Below are positions 11,811-25,028 of a stretch of 64,000 nucleotides of DNA, in pieces; within the stretch, counting starts at the first letter, position 1; each line of letters opens with the position of its first letter. The DNA is from Felis catus (taxonomy: Eukaryota), in NCBI RefSeq assembly GCF_018350175.1, contig NC_058373.1, positions 106,766,001 to 106,830,000 on the forward strand. The letters are read 5' to 3'. Made by a program: the position numbers and the translations under genes. The notes under the pieces are model-generated. The model was not told the DNA's origin, did no database searches, and saw only the letters and a program-made list of their open reading frames with translations.

Positions 11811-13053
11811 TGTGTGTGTAAGAGATCTTTTATAGGAGTTACTTGTGCAATTATGGAGACCAAGAAATCCCATGATCTGCCATCTGCAAGCTGGAGAACC
11901 AGAAAAACTGGTGTAATTCAGTTCAAGTCTGAATGTCTGAGAACCAAATGAGCTGATGGTGTAAGTCAACATTCAAGACCAAATGCCCAAAGGACTTCAA
12001 GCTGTATTACAAAACTGTAATCATCAAGACAGTAAGCTACTGGCACAAGAACAGACACTCAGATCAATGGAACAGAATAGAGAACCCAGAAATGGACCCA
12101 CAAACGTATGGCCAACTAATCTTTGACAAAGCAGGAAAGAATATCCAATGGAATAAAGACAGTCTCTTCAGCAAGTGGTGCTGAGAAACCTGGACAGTGA
12201 CATGCAGAAAAATGAACCTGGACCACTTTCTTACCCATACACAAAAATAAACTCAAAAGGGATGAAAGACCTCAATGTAAGATGGGAAGCCATCAAAATC
12301 CTTGAGGAGAAAGCAGGCAAAAACCTCTTTGACCTTGGCCACAGCAACTTCTTACTCAACATGTCTCCAGAGGCAAGGGAAACAAAAGCAAAAATGAACC
12401 ATTGGGACCTCATCAAGATAAATAGCTTCTGCACAGCAAAGGAAATGATCAGCAAAATGAAAAGGCAACTGACAGAATGGGAGAAAATATTTGCAAATAA
12501 CATATCAGATAAAGGGTTAGGATCCCTTTATAAAGAACTATAAAGAACTTCTCAAATTCAACACCCCAAAAAACAAATAATCCAGTGAAGAAATGGGCAA
12601 AAGACATGAACAGACACTTCTCCAAAGAAGACATCCAGATGACCAACCGACACATGAAAAAATGCTCAACACCACTCATCATCAGGGAAATACAAATCAA
12701 AACCACAATGAGATACCACCTCACACCTGTCAAAATGGCTAATGTTAACAACTCAGGCAACAACAGATGTTGGCAAGGATGTGGAGAAAGAGGATCTCTT
12801 TTGCACTGTTGGTGGGAATGCAAACTGGTGCAGCCACTCTGGAAAACAGTATGGAGGTTCCTCAAAAAAATTAAAAATAGAACCATCCTATGACCCAGCA
12901 ATTGCACTACTAGGTATTTATCCAAAGGATACAGGTATGCTGTTTCAAAGGGGCGCATGCACCCCCATGTTTATAGCAGCACTATCAACAATAGCCAAAG
13001 TATGGAAAGAGCCCAAATGTCCATCTATGGATGAATGGATAAAGAAAATGTGG

Positions 13054-13084
<31 letters not shown>

Positions 13085-13899
13085 GAGTATTACTTGGCTC
13101 TCAAAAAGAGTGAAATCTTGCCATTTGCAACTACGTGGATGGAACTAGAGGGTATAATGTGAAGCAAAATTGGTCAGTCAGAGAAAGACAAATATCATAT
13201 GACTTCACTCATATGAGGACTTTAAGATACAAAACAGATGAATATAAGGGAAGGGAAGCAAAAATAATATAAAAACAGGGAGGGGGACAAAACATAAGAG
13301 ACTCCTAAATATGGGAAACAAACAAGGTTACTGGAGGGGTTGTGGGAGGGAGGATAGGCTAAATGGGTAAGGGGCATTAAGGAATCTACTCCTGACATCA
13401 TTGTTGCACTATATGCTAACTAACTTGTATGTGAATTAAAATAAATTAATTAAAATAAAATTTTTTTAAATAATAAAAAAGGGACAATACATAAGAGACT
13501 CTTATGTATGCAGAACAAACAGAGGGTTACTAGAAGGGTTGTGGGAGGGGGGATGGGCTAAATGGGTAAGGGGCATTAAGGAATCTACTCCTGAAATCAT
13601 TGTTGCACTATATACTAACTAATTTGGATGTAAATTTAAAAAATAAAATGAAAAAAAGTGAAAAATAAATAAAAAGATTAAATAATATAAAAATAAGAAT
13701 AAAAAAAAAGACCAAATGCCCAAGAGCCAGGAGCACTGATGTCCAAGGGCAAGAAAAGATGGATGTCCCAGCTCAAGCAGAGAACAAATTTGTCCTTCTA
13801 CTTTTTTGAAAGGATTAAATGATGCCCACTTGTAATGGTGAAAGCGATCTTTACACAGTCTACTGGTTCAAATGCTAATCTCTTCCAGAAACCTCAACA
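11731..13899 (-). mobile_element. MLT2-type ERVL LTR remnant, split by an L1 insertion
   Basis: tgtattagtc...ctccagagaaacagaaccag, (TG)n, ...catgatctgccatctgcaagctggaga... at 11731-11990, resuming after 13723 (aagatggatgtcccagctcaagcag). Confidence 0.7.
11991..13707 (+). mobile_element. 5'-truncated felid L1 (ORF2 C-terminal part, doubled 3' UTR end) with 16-bp TSD
   Basis: ORF2 peptides ([44 protein letters not shown]) with frameshifts; TSD aagaccaaatgcccaa at 11975-11990 and 13708-13723. Confidence 0.93.
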
Positions 13900-14771
13900 A
13901 GGTGTCAGTTCTTCCCAACTGATCTATAGGTTCAATGTAATTCCAACAAAACTTCCAGCAAGCTATTTTGTGGAAATTGACAAACTGAGTCTAAAGTTAA
14001 TATGGAGAGGCAAAAGCCCAGAATAGCCAGCACAATATTGAAGACGAACAAAGCTGGAGGGCTGACACTTTTTGACTTCGAGACTTACTGAAAGCCACAG
14101 GAATCAAGATGGTGTGGTATTGGTGAAAGAACAGACAGATGAATGGAGCTGAATAGAGAGCTTATAAATAGACCTACACAAATATAGTCTACTTATCTTT
14201 AGGAAAGGAGCAAAGGCAAGATAAGGGAGCAAAAACAATCTCTTCAACAAATGGTATAGAACAACTGGACATCCATATGCAAAAAAAAACGAATCTAGAT
14301 GCAGACCTTCCTTGTACCTTTCACAAAAATTAACTCAAAATGGATCATAGACCTAAATGTAAATGCAAAACTATAAATCTCCTAGAAGATAACCAAGGAG
14401 AAAATACAGATGACTTTGAGTGTGATGATGAATTTTTAGATACAATACCAAGGTATGATCCATGAAAGAAATATTTGATAAGCTGGAATTCATTAAAATT
14501 TAAAATATCTGCTCTGTAGAAGACCATGTCAAGAGAATGAAAAGACATGCCACAGACAAGGAGAAAGTGTTATAAAAGACACATCTGATAAAGGACTGTT
14601 ATCCAAAATATACAATGAACCTTTAAAATTCAATAGTACAGGAGCACCTGCGTGGCTCAGTTGGTTAAGTATCCAACTCTTGGTTACGGCTCAGGTCATG
14701 ATCTCACAGTCGTGAGTTCGAGCCCTGAATCAGGCTCAGTGCTGACAGCTCTGAGCCTGCTTGGGATTCTG

Positions 14772-14809
<38 letters not shown>

Positions 14810-15870
14810 TTTCTCTAACTCTATAAAATAAATAAATAAACAAACAAACAAAACAAAATTACAACAATACAAAAACAACCCAATTTAAAAATAGGCAAAA
14901 GATCTGAACTGATGTATATCAAGAAGATATATAGATGACAAGCGTAAGAAAAGATGTTCAACATCATATGCCATTAGAGAATTGTGAATTAAAACAGCAA
15001 TGAGATACGACTACATACCTATTAGAATGACCAAAATCTAAAGCACAGGCAATACCAGGTGCAGACAAGGATGTGGAGCAAAAGGAACACTCACTCATTC
15101 ATTACTAGGGGGAATGCAAAATGGTTCAGCCATTTTGGAAGACAGTTTGGCAGTTTCTTTCAAAACCTAACGTACACTTACCATATGGTCCAGCTATCAT
15201 GCTCCTTGGTATTTACTCAAATGAACTGAAAATGCATGTCTGTACAAAATCTTTCACAGCTTTATTCATAATTGCCAAAACTCAGAAGCAATCAAGAGGT
15301 CCTTCAGTAGGTGAATGGATGAACTATGGTATATCCAGAGTATGGAATATTATTCAGTACTAAAAAAAAGTGAGCTATCAAGCCCTGAACAGACAGGGAG
15401 CAAACTTAAATGCATATAATTAAGTGAAAGAAGCCAATCTGAAAGGGTTACATACTGTATAATTCCAACTATATGACATTCGGAAAAGGCAAAACTATAA
15501 GTAAAAATATCATCGGTTGTCTGGGTTTGAGGGTGTGGGGTTAGGTAAAAACAGGCAGAACACAGAATTTTTAGAGCAGTAAAAATACTCTGTATGATAT
15601 CATAATCATAGATATATTCTGTTATACATTTGTCACAGCGCATCGAATGTACAATGGCAAAAGTAAACCCTACTGCAAACTATGGACTTTGGGTGATAAT
15701 GATGTGCTAGTAGGTTCATTGATTGTAACAAATGTACCTACTGCTGCAGGATGTTGATAGTGGGGGATGTTGTACATGTGTGAAACAAAGCATGGATGGA
15801 AACTCTCTATACCTCCTGCTCAATCTTGTTGTCAGCCTAAAACTATCCTTAAAAAAATAAAACTTACTAA
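13900..15870 (+). mobile_element. Old L1M (L1MC-like) ORF2 end and 3' UTR, containing a SINE at ~14640-14860
   Basis: Degenerate ORF2 peptides (LIYRFNVIP, QPFWKTVWQFL); 3' UTR aactatggactttgggtgataatgatgtg. Confidence 0.8.
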
Positions 15871-16124
15871 TTTTTTAAAATTGTGAATTTCACCTCATTG
15901 AAAAAAAAGGTAAGTTTGGATTTGTCCCCCAAGTTACTGTTTGCCAACCCCTGACACAGATTCTTTGGGGATAGGGGCTGTTGTCTCTCCAATGCCTGGT
16001 ATCTGTTGTCATATAGCAAGCATATAAGTGGTATTTGTTTAGTTCAAGTCTTTGTGACCAGCTCCAACAGCCTTACCATTTTTTAGCCTTCTGTTCTTAA
16101 TCTGTTATAAACTACACAAGACCT

Positions 16125-17456
16125 TTTGTCATTTCAACTGTTTTGGCTACTCCAGGCAATTCACAATTCTATATAAATTTAAGGATCAGCTTTCCATTTC
16201 CGTAAAACAAGCCATTTTGAGACTAGGGAATGCATTAAATGTTAGATCATGCTGGGTAGTATTGTCATCTTAACAATATTAAGTCTTCCCATCAATAAAC
16301 ATGGAATATCTTTCCATTTTGTCATCTTTAATTCCTTTCAGCAATATTTATAGTTTTCTGCCTTTTACCTCTTTGGGTAAATTTATTCCTAGTTATTTTA
16401 TTCTTTTTGATGCTATTGCAAATTGAATTTTTTCCTTAATTTCCTTTTTGTATTATTCATTGTTGGTATGTAGAAACACACTGATTTTTGCATGTGGATT
16501 TTGTATTTTTAAATTTTGCTGTATTTATTAGCACTAATAGTGTCTTGTGGATTCTTGGAGAAATGGATCATATCATCTGTGAATAGAAAGTTTTACTTCT
16601 TCCTTTTCAATTTGGATGGCTCTTATTTGTTTTTCCTGTTTAACTGCTCTAGCAATTGCAGTACAAAATTGAATAGCTATAGTGAAAGCAGGCTTTCTTG
16701 TCTTGGTCCTAAGGTTAGAGGGAAAGCTTTCAGTATTTCAGCATTGATTATGGTGTTAGCTATGGATGTTTCATAAATGCCCTTTGTCATGTTGAGGAAG
16801 TTTCCTTTAAAAAAAATGTTTTTAATGTTTATTTTTGAGGGAGAGAGAGCCCACACGTGAGTGGGGGAAGGGCAGAGAGAGGGAGACAGAGGGTCCAAAG
16901 CAGGTTCCACGTTGACAGCAGAGACCCCGATGTGGGATTCAAACTCATGGAACTGCGAAATCATGACCTGAGTCAAAATCGGACATTTAACTGACTGAGC
17001 CACCCAGGCGCCCTGAGGAAGTTTCCTTTTAATCCAAGTTTTCTGAGTGTTTTTATCATGAAATGATGTTGAATTTGTTAAATGCTTTTTCTGCATCAAC
17101 TAAGATGATCATGGGTTTTTTTTTTTTTCCCTATCAGTTTATTAATGCAGTGTGTTACATTGATTGGCTTTGTTATGTTAAACCTTCTTGGGATAAACCT
17201 CACTTGATTATGGGGTATAATCTTCATAATATGCTGTTGGATTTGGTTTCCTAGTATTTTGTTAAGGATTTTTGCATCAGTATTCATAAAAAATATTTGC
17301 CTATCGTTTCTTTTCTTATGGTTTCTTTCTCTGGCTTTGTTCAATGTACTATTGGCCTTATAAAATAAGTTAGGAAGGATTCCCTTCTTTTCCTTTTTTG
17401 GGAAGAGTTTCAGAAGGATTGGTGTTAATTCTTCCTTAAAATTTTAGTAGAATTTT
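16125..17456 (-). mobile_element. Old L1 ORF2 (RT region) fragment, containing a SINE at ~16809-17013
   Basis: Minus-strand peptides [19 protein letters not shown] and KAFPLTLG; SINE TSD tgaggaagtttccttt at 16793-16808 and 17014-17029. Confidence 0.8.
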
Positions 17457-19525
17457 CCCTATTAAAATTGCAAAGCCATTTTTCACAGAAATAGAACAAA
17501 CAATCCTAAAATTTGTATAAAACCACAAAAGACCCTGAATAGCTGAAGGCCTTTTGAGAAAAAGAGCAAAGCTGTAGGCATCATGCTTCCTGATTTCAAA
17601 CTATATTACAAAGCCATTTTAAACAAACCAGTATGGTATGGCATAAAAACAGACACATAGACCAATAGAACAGAATAGAGTCCCCAGAAAAAAACTCACA
17701 CATATATAATCAATTAATTTATGACAAAAGAGCCAAGAATATGCAAAAGGAAAAGAACAATGTCTTCAATTAATGTCAGGAAAATTGGACAGCTACATGC
17801 AAAAGAACAAAACTAACCACTATCTCACTCCATATGCAAAAATTAACTCAAAATGGATGAAATACTTGAATGTAAGACCTCAAACCATAAAATTCCAAGA
17901 AGAAAACAGGCAGTAAGCTCCTTGACATAGGCCTTGGCAATGGGTTTTTGGATTTGACACCAGAAGCAAAGGCAACAAAAGCAGAAATAAACAAATGAGA
18001 CTACATCAAACTAAAATTGTTTTGCACAGCAAAGTAAACCATGAACAAATGAAAGGTAACATACCAAATGGGAGAGAACGTTTGCAAATCATGTTACCTG
18101 AAAAGGAGACAATATCCAAAATATATAAAGAACTCCTATAACTCAACCACAACAAAACAAAACCAAACAAATATCCAACTAAAAATAGGCAGAGGATCTG
18201 AATAGATATTTCCAGAGAAGACATACAGGTGTCCAACAGGTACAGATGAAAGGTGAAAAGATGCTCAACATCTTTCAACGTACGGGTGAACAGATGCTCA
18301 ACATCACTAATCATCAGGGAAATACCAATCAAACCACAATGAGGTATCACCTTACACCTATTAGAATGGCTGTTGTCAAAAAGGCAAAAAATAATAAATG
18401 TTGACAAGGATGTGGAGAAAAGGAAACCCTTGTGCATTGTTGGTTGTATGTAAGTCAGTGTAGCCAATATGGAAAACAGCATGGAGTTTCCTCAAAAAAT
18501 TAATAATGGAACTACCATATGAGCCAGCAATTCCACTTCTGAGTATTTATACAAAGGAAGCAAAAACACTAACTTGAAAAGATATATGCATTCCCATGTT
18601 CATTTCAGCATGATTTATAATAGCCTAGACTTTGAAGAAACCTAAGTGTCTATTGATGGATAAATGGATCAAGAAAATGTGATATACACATAGAATGGAA
18701 TATTATTTGGCCATAAGAAGAATAAAATCTTACCACTTGTGACAACATGAATGGAACTTACAGGCAATATGCTAAGTGAAATGAGACAGAAAAAAAAATA
18801 GCATGTGATCTTACTTACAAAGGCTTGTGTAACCCCACCAGGTCCTACCAACCTCAAACCCTTCTCTCCATAGGAGCCACAGACCAGCCTGAGGACCAGT
18901 TAGGGACAGCAGACACCACTGATACTCTGAACCATCCCCAGCACAAACCCCAAACTAGAGTCCATAAAGGAACAGTGATGGGTACTGGGCCTGGGAGAGT
19001 GGGGCATGGTGCCTATACTACCTTGGTCTTGGCTCTGCACTCAGAAAGGTAACTCATCATCCGTACTCAGGCTGAGGAAGCACAGAAACTTGGATGTTTA
19101 GACAGCAAAACTGATGACCATGCTTCTCCTTTGTACCAAAGGCACTTTTGCTGAATTCAAAGCATCTTAGGTAAAACTACCTATTGTCTGTCAGAGGCTT
19201 CCTTTTAAAAAATTAAAAAGCAAAATAAAGAAATGAATAAACAAAAAGCAGAAACAAACCCATAAACACAGAGAACAAACTGATGGTTGCCAGAGGAGGG
19301 GGAGGGGATGGGCAAAATGGGTGAAGGAGAGTGGGAGATTCAGGCTTCCAGTTATGGAGTGAATAAGTCACAGGGATAAAAGGCACAGGTTAGTCAATGA
19401 TATTGTAATAGTGACAGGTGGTAGCTACACTTGTGAGCACAGCATAAGGGATAGATTTGTCCAATCACTGTGTTGGACACCTGAAACTAATACAATATTG
19501 TGTGTTAACTATACGTCAATTAAAA
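17457..19525 (+). mobile_element. L1 (L1MA/L1_Carn-like) ORF2 end and 3' UTR, interrupted by a ~385-bp non-L1 insert
   Basis: Continuous L1 3' sequence 17457-18819, resuming ~19207 (gagaacaaactgatggttgccagagg...cacctgaaactaa). Confidence 0.8.
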
Positions 19526-19538
19526 CATTTTAAGGCTT

Positions 19539-19736
19539 GGGGCACCTGGGTGGCTTAGTCGGTTGAGCGTCAGACTTCAGCTCAGGTCATGATCTTATGG
19601 TTCGAGTCCCATGTCAGGCTCTGTGCTGACAGCTCAGAACCTGGAGCCTGCTTTGGCTTCTGTGTCTCCCTCTCTCTCTTCCCCTGCTTGCGCTTTCTCT
19701 CTCTCACTCTCAAAAATAAAACATAAAAAAAATTAT
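19539..19736 (+). mobile_element. Can-SINE with 17-bp TSD
   Basis: TSD aaaacattttaaggctt at 19522-19538 and 19737-19753. Confidence 0.9.
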
Positions 19737-19805
19737 AAAACATTTTAAGGCTTTTATTATGTAGTAAATGTTGCATCTTCTATTGAAGGCATCCATGAAT
19801 AGGTC

Positions 19806-19824
19806 AGCGCTGCCCTCTACTGGA
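19806..19824 (-). promoter_or_regulatory. Candidate CTCF binding site
   Basis: Minus strand TCCAGTAGAGGGCAGCGCT fits the CTCF core consensus CCASYAGRKGGCRS; GC-rich motif in AT-rich, apparently non-repeat DNA. Confidence 0.6.
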
Positions 19825-20477
19825 TGATCTGTGTTCGTTACTCAATAATTGTGCACAAAATGACTTAAATAGGATTTTTGATATTTTTTTCTGAATTTCG
19901 ATGAAAAAATGAATGGAAACTAGGATATTCTTCCATGCCTATTAAAATGGTTAGATAAAAAGTTCCTCAAAAAAAGTCTTCTTTTTCTACTTTTGAGAAT
20001 TATACGTTTAAAAAATGAATTCAAATACATTAACAACAAAGAAAGAAAAAGCCAGAGAGACAGAAAGATCGAGGGGAGATGGAGAGGGAGAGGCAGAAAA
20101 TAAATTCTCATCAGAATAAATGGGTAAATTTCTTACTTTGGCAACCCCCAAAATAAACTCGAGGAAATGCTTTCTTTGTGACATCACCAGCTGCAGTTCT
20201 TCTAATGTGTATGCTAATTCTAGCTCAGGGGATAAACTTTTTATCTTCTTCAGACAAAATTTAAGCTGAGTTAGTTTACTCAACTATAATGATCAGTACT
20301 CCCACTGTGAAAATGTAGGTTCCTTTCAGAGAAGATTAAATTGTGGTTGGTTGCAAGTCAGCCAGCAAGCTGTTATACCTGTCATAGTAATAGCATTAAA
20401 ACTGACTGAAATCCAGCCCAAATTTTGACTTATAAGGCAAGAAAAAATAAACGGTAATTAAAAGATATTACTACTTG

Positions 20478-20700
20478 AGGGGCACCTGGGTGGCTCAGTC
20501 GGTTAAGCATCCAAGTCTTGATTTCGGGTCAGGTCATGATCTCACAGTTCATAAGTTCGAGCCCCGCATTTAATTCTGTGCTGACAGCAGTGAGCCTGCT
20601 TGGGATTCTCTGTCTCCCTCTCTCTCTGCCTTTGTCAGCTCACACACACACACACACACACACTCTCTCTCAGAAATAAATAAACATTAAAAATATATAT
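20478..20700 (+). mobile_element. Can-SINE with (CA)n
   Basis: Head and tail; TSD atattactacttgag on both sides. Confidence 0.9.
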
Positions 20701-22251
20701 ATATTACTACTTGAGTAGCACTTACAAAGCAAAAAAAATAAAAATAAAAAGTAAAGAAAAAGGAAAAAAAAGGAATACCTATGCCATAAATTACTGTGAC
20801 AAGAACACCTAGATGCGGTCTTAATAAAACATATGCCAATGCAGAATGAGCTATCATTTCTGGGTTAAAGATTCCCAACCCAAACTCTCCAATCCCAACC
20901 TCCACCATCTCTCCCAGAGACCCTGAAAAGAACACGGGCTTTGGCAGAGACAACCTGGATTCAAGTTTCAAGTTCCAGCTCTGCCGTTCCAACTCAAGGC
21001 CTTGCTCTCCTTACCTGTAAGGTCGAGACAATAACGTGTAACTCACAGAGTCTGACAAAAACGGAATGAAATGAAGCATGCAAATCACTTACCACAGTAT
21101 CTGGCACACATTAGGTTTCAATAAAAACATTCTTTTCCTTCCAAACTCCTATATCCACCCAGTTACGAGACGACTCCAGGTGACACACAGGCCATCATTT
21201 CCAAGCAACATGTCTAAAACTCTTCTCCCTCTCTCTTTTCTTTCCTAAGTATGGCCACCATTATTCACCTCGTTATCCAAGTCAGACACTTGAACGTTAC
21301 CCTGAATGCCCTTCTCCTTCACATGTGCTTTAAAAATTCCTTTTCTGCCTGCGAGACTCAGTTCAGATGTCACTTCTCCTGAGAAAAGCCTGGATTTCTC
21401 TGCTCCTCTCAGGCTGAGTTAAGTTCTTGATCTTGTCCCATGTTTCCAAACTCCCCATATGTACATCTAGTAAAGAACTAGTTACCCCACATTGTGGTGA
21501 CTCATTTCTCTTCCCCACTGGGCTATGGGTACTTTTAGAGCAGAGACTGTGTCTTATTCAGAGTTTTACCCCCAAGTTCCAGCATTGCACCTGCCATAGG
21601 AACATGCTGAAAAACATCTGTGTAATAAATGTTAAAATGGATTCATGAATTAATAATATGTTGTTGGAGTTTCTAAAATGCTCATCTTACTCCTTTCTTC
21701 TATGGAACAATAGAGTTAGGAGTCAGATAGAGAATGTCATGTGGCCCGACTAGCCAAAATCAGCCTTCCTAGTCCTTCCCCTCAAATTTAGATTTCTAGA
21801 CTCTGGAAGTTAGGCAAGATTTGCCGAGCAGGCACCTGCCTCATACCTATCAAACACAGAGTGAGACAAGTTTGCCTCCAGAAGCCCACCCTTGGGCCTT
21901 GACCCAGCTGTGCTTACTGAATCAGGGGCAAAGGAAAATCTGTGCTCCTTGCAGGGAGGGCAGTTCTAAAAAGGAGAATGTATGTACTTTAAGTTGTTCC
22001 CTGCACAGGGAGCTGGCTGAGGGGCAGGTGAGGCCTGAAATTCAGCTCACACTCCATTAGCCAAGTGGGGCATGCTGGTTTGAGTCTGTGTTGCGTAAGG
22101 ATACTGTCTGCTTATCAAGCCCTGTAGTCACCCCCTGAGGGCTGTGTCTACCCAGAGGGGACACAAAGCTCCATTTGAAATGGCTGGTCATTTAATTTTG
22201 ATGAGCTAGGAAAGGAAGGGAAGAGCTCTCCCTAAGAAAAATAAATGAGGG

Positions 22252-22497
22252 TTGGGGCTCCTGAGTGGCTCGGTCAGTTAAGCGTCCAACTCTTGATTTT
22301 GGCTCAGGTCATGATCTCACAGTTCATGAGATCGAGCCCCATGTCGGACTTCATGCTGACAGTGTGGAACCTGCTTGGGATTCTCTCTCTCTCTCTGTCT
22401 CTCTCTCTGTCTCTCTCTCTCTCTCTCTCCCCCTCGCTCTCTGCCCCTCCTCTGCTCACTCTCAAAATAAATAAATAAAAAATTTTTAAAAAGAAAA
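22252..22497 (+). mobile_element. Can-SINE
   Basis: Head, (CT)n, A tail. Confidence 0.85.
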
Positions 22498-22879
22498 ATA
22501 GGTGGGGAGAAGAGAGTTAGTATTAACTGAATATCTACTATGTGCCAGACACTGGAATACATGATTTGGATAAACCACTTCATGTCGTTCAAACAAATCT
22601 GTAAAAGTTGGTTATCTTCAGATGAATATACTGAGGATTAGAGCCAGGATGACCACATAAGTGATGACACTTGGATCCAAAGTCCATTATCGTACCACCG
22701 CTCCATGATACTTTGTACTCTGCCAACAGAACATCCTAGTATCAGTAACTTATTCTGTAGTATTCCCAGGAGCTAAAGAGCATGAAGTTGAACAATGCAA
22801 ACAACGCAAATGTGAGCTGAGAAATGCAATCAAGCACTACCCAGTTTTCAAACAGGTACAAAAGTTCATTCCAAGACTA

Positions 22880-23128
22880 GGGGCGCCTGGGTGGCTCAGT
22901 TGGTTAAGGGTCCAACTTTGGCTCTGATCATAATCTCATGGTTCATGGGTTTGAGCCCCACGTTGGGCTCTGTGCTGACAGCTCAGAGCCTGGAGCCTGT
23001 TTCGGATTCTGTGTTTTCCTCTCTCTCTGCCCCTCCCCCACTCACACTTTGTCTCTCTCTCTCTGTCTCTCTCTCTCTGTCTCTCTCTGTCTCTCAAAAA
23101 TAAATAAACATTAAAAATTAAAAAAAAA
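22880..23128 (+). mobile_element. Can-SINE with TSD
   Basis: TSD ttcattccaagacta on both sides. Confidence 0.9.
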
Positions 23129-23424
23129 TTCATTCCAAGACTACAACTTTGCAAATATTTTTTTTCTAAACTATAAACGAAAGTTAGGCTCTTGGGCAAG
23201 CTCACAAAATTGTTTTTCGTGGGTTTGGAAGCTTAAGCCCTGAAATAGAACAACTCTGATATTCTGTGAATATTGAGTCCCTGATGGTCCTGGCCACCAT
23301 CGCAAGCTGGTAAGTTCCAAGATGGATTGACTAGCTACATATACAGGGGCTTATAAGGCAAGTAATATAAAATGAAGGATCTATATAAAAAGCCCTACAA
23401 ATAAGGTTTGAAAAATCTCCATTG

Positions 23425-23630
23425 CAGGGTTTCTCAATCTCAGCACTATGAACACTCTCATCTAGATAATTCTTTGTTGTAGGTTACTCTCTGGCACATT
23501 GTAGGATATTTAGTAGCATGCTACCCTCAACCCACAAAATGCCTATAAAAACATCCCAGCACCAGTTTTCTGTTTACAGCCAAAGAAAATGTCCCTTGGA
23601 GGACCAAAATCACTCTCCATTGAGACGTTG
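23425..23630 (-). mobile_element. MER20-like hAT-Charlie DNA transposon relic
   Basis: cagggtttctcaatctcagcactat...gataattctttgttgt...cattgtaggatatttagtagcat resembles the reverse of the recalled MER20 consensus. Confidence 0.7.
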
Positions 23631-24612
23631 GAATGCAATGGTCTCTGAACAATGGCTTACAACCACTTCAGTCTTCTGTAGCTCTCAAAGGCCAGAAACC
23701 CAGCTTTCTATGGATAAACTCTTAATATACAAAGACACATAACATTTTAAAAAGTAAAACACAAGTCTTGAGGGTTATGAAGGATTATTTGGAAATCCTT
23801 CAAAGATTTAAGACATTTAAATATCTCAGTCTTTTTAATACCTAGAAAGATTTAATACCATTTTCTTAAGTAAAGGGTGATCAAAAATTCCTTTCCAGTG
23901 TCGTAAAATATACTGTTCCCCAGAACAGTCTAAGATTTTTAGGTGAATTATGATATGCTTGTTTTCAGGTGGTGATTTGGAATCAACAATGGGCCTTTTC
24001 TTTGACTGTAAACAGAAAACTGTGGGTGTGGACATAATGAAGCAATTGTACCATTGGAAATAGTGAGTAACTCACATCCCTCTTAGAGAGGGGAGGGTCA
24101 TACTACCTTCACAGCACAGACCAAGAAAATTCCCATGATGCTAAGAGAAGTTTCAGATTCCACAAAATAATCTGAATCCCCTACTTTTTTCTCCCATCCC
24201 ATTATTCTCTGCTTTCAAATGAACAAAAAGTGGTTACCTTCACAGGCTATCAAGCTAATGCCCAATTGCCCCATGGGGGAGTTCAACCTCTCTTTTATAT
24301 GAAAATTAGAATTCTTATCTGATCAACATCAAAATCTCCATTCAAAGATGAATATAGAGGCAGGAGTTGCTGTAGCTTTCTAAATGTTACACAAAGCAGG
24401 CTGAGGAATCAAATTTCAAGACTCTTCTGTCCTGAGTCCTCAGTAAGCATTATACATTCTCCACTTGAACACTGAATTCTGGGGGCTAGCTGTTACATTA
24501 AACTGACCTCTCTCCTGACTCACATCCCCTAATAACAAAGCTTTCAAAGACAGTTGAAAACCTTTATGGTATGTATATGTATTGTGGAGTGGTTAAGAGT
24601 GGGGACTCTGGA

Positions 24613-25028
24613 CAAATGTCCATCGATGGATGAATGGATAAAGAAGATGTGGTATATATATACAATGGAGTATTACTTGGCAATCAAAAAGAATGAAATC
24701 TTGCCACTTGCAACTACATGGGTGGAACTGGAGGGTATTCTGCTAAGTGAAATTAGAAAAAGACAAAAATCATATATATGACTTCACTTATATGAGGACT
24801 TTAAGAAACAAAACAGATGAACATAAGGGAAGGGAAGCAAAAATAATATAAAAACAGGGAGGGGGGCAAAACAGAAGAGACTCATAAATATGGAGAACAA
24901 ACTGAGGGTTACCAGAGGGGTTGTGGGAGGGGGATGGGCTAAATGGGTAAGGGGAATTAAGGAATCTACTCCTGAAATCATTGTTACAGGATATGCTAAC
25001 TAATTTGGATGTAAATTAAAAAAAAAAA
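24613..25028 (+). mobile_element. Short 5'-truncated felid L1 3' end with perfect 18-bp TSD, inserted in a MIR
   Basis: [21 protein letters not shown] peptide, same 3' UTR type as the 11991 L1, poly(A); TSD aagagtggggactctgga at 24595-24612 and 25029-25046. Confidence 0.93.
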
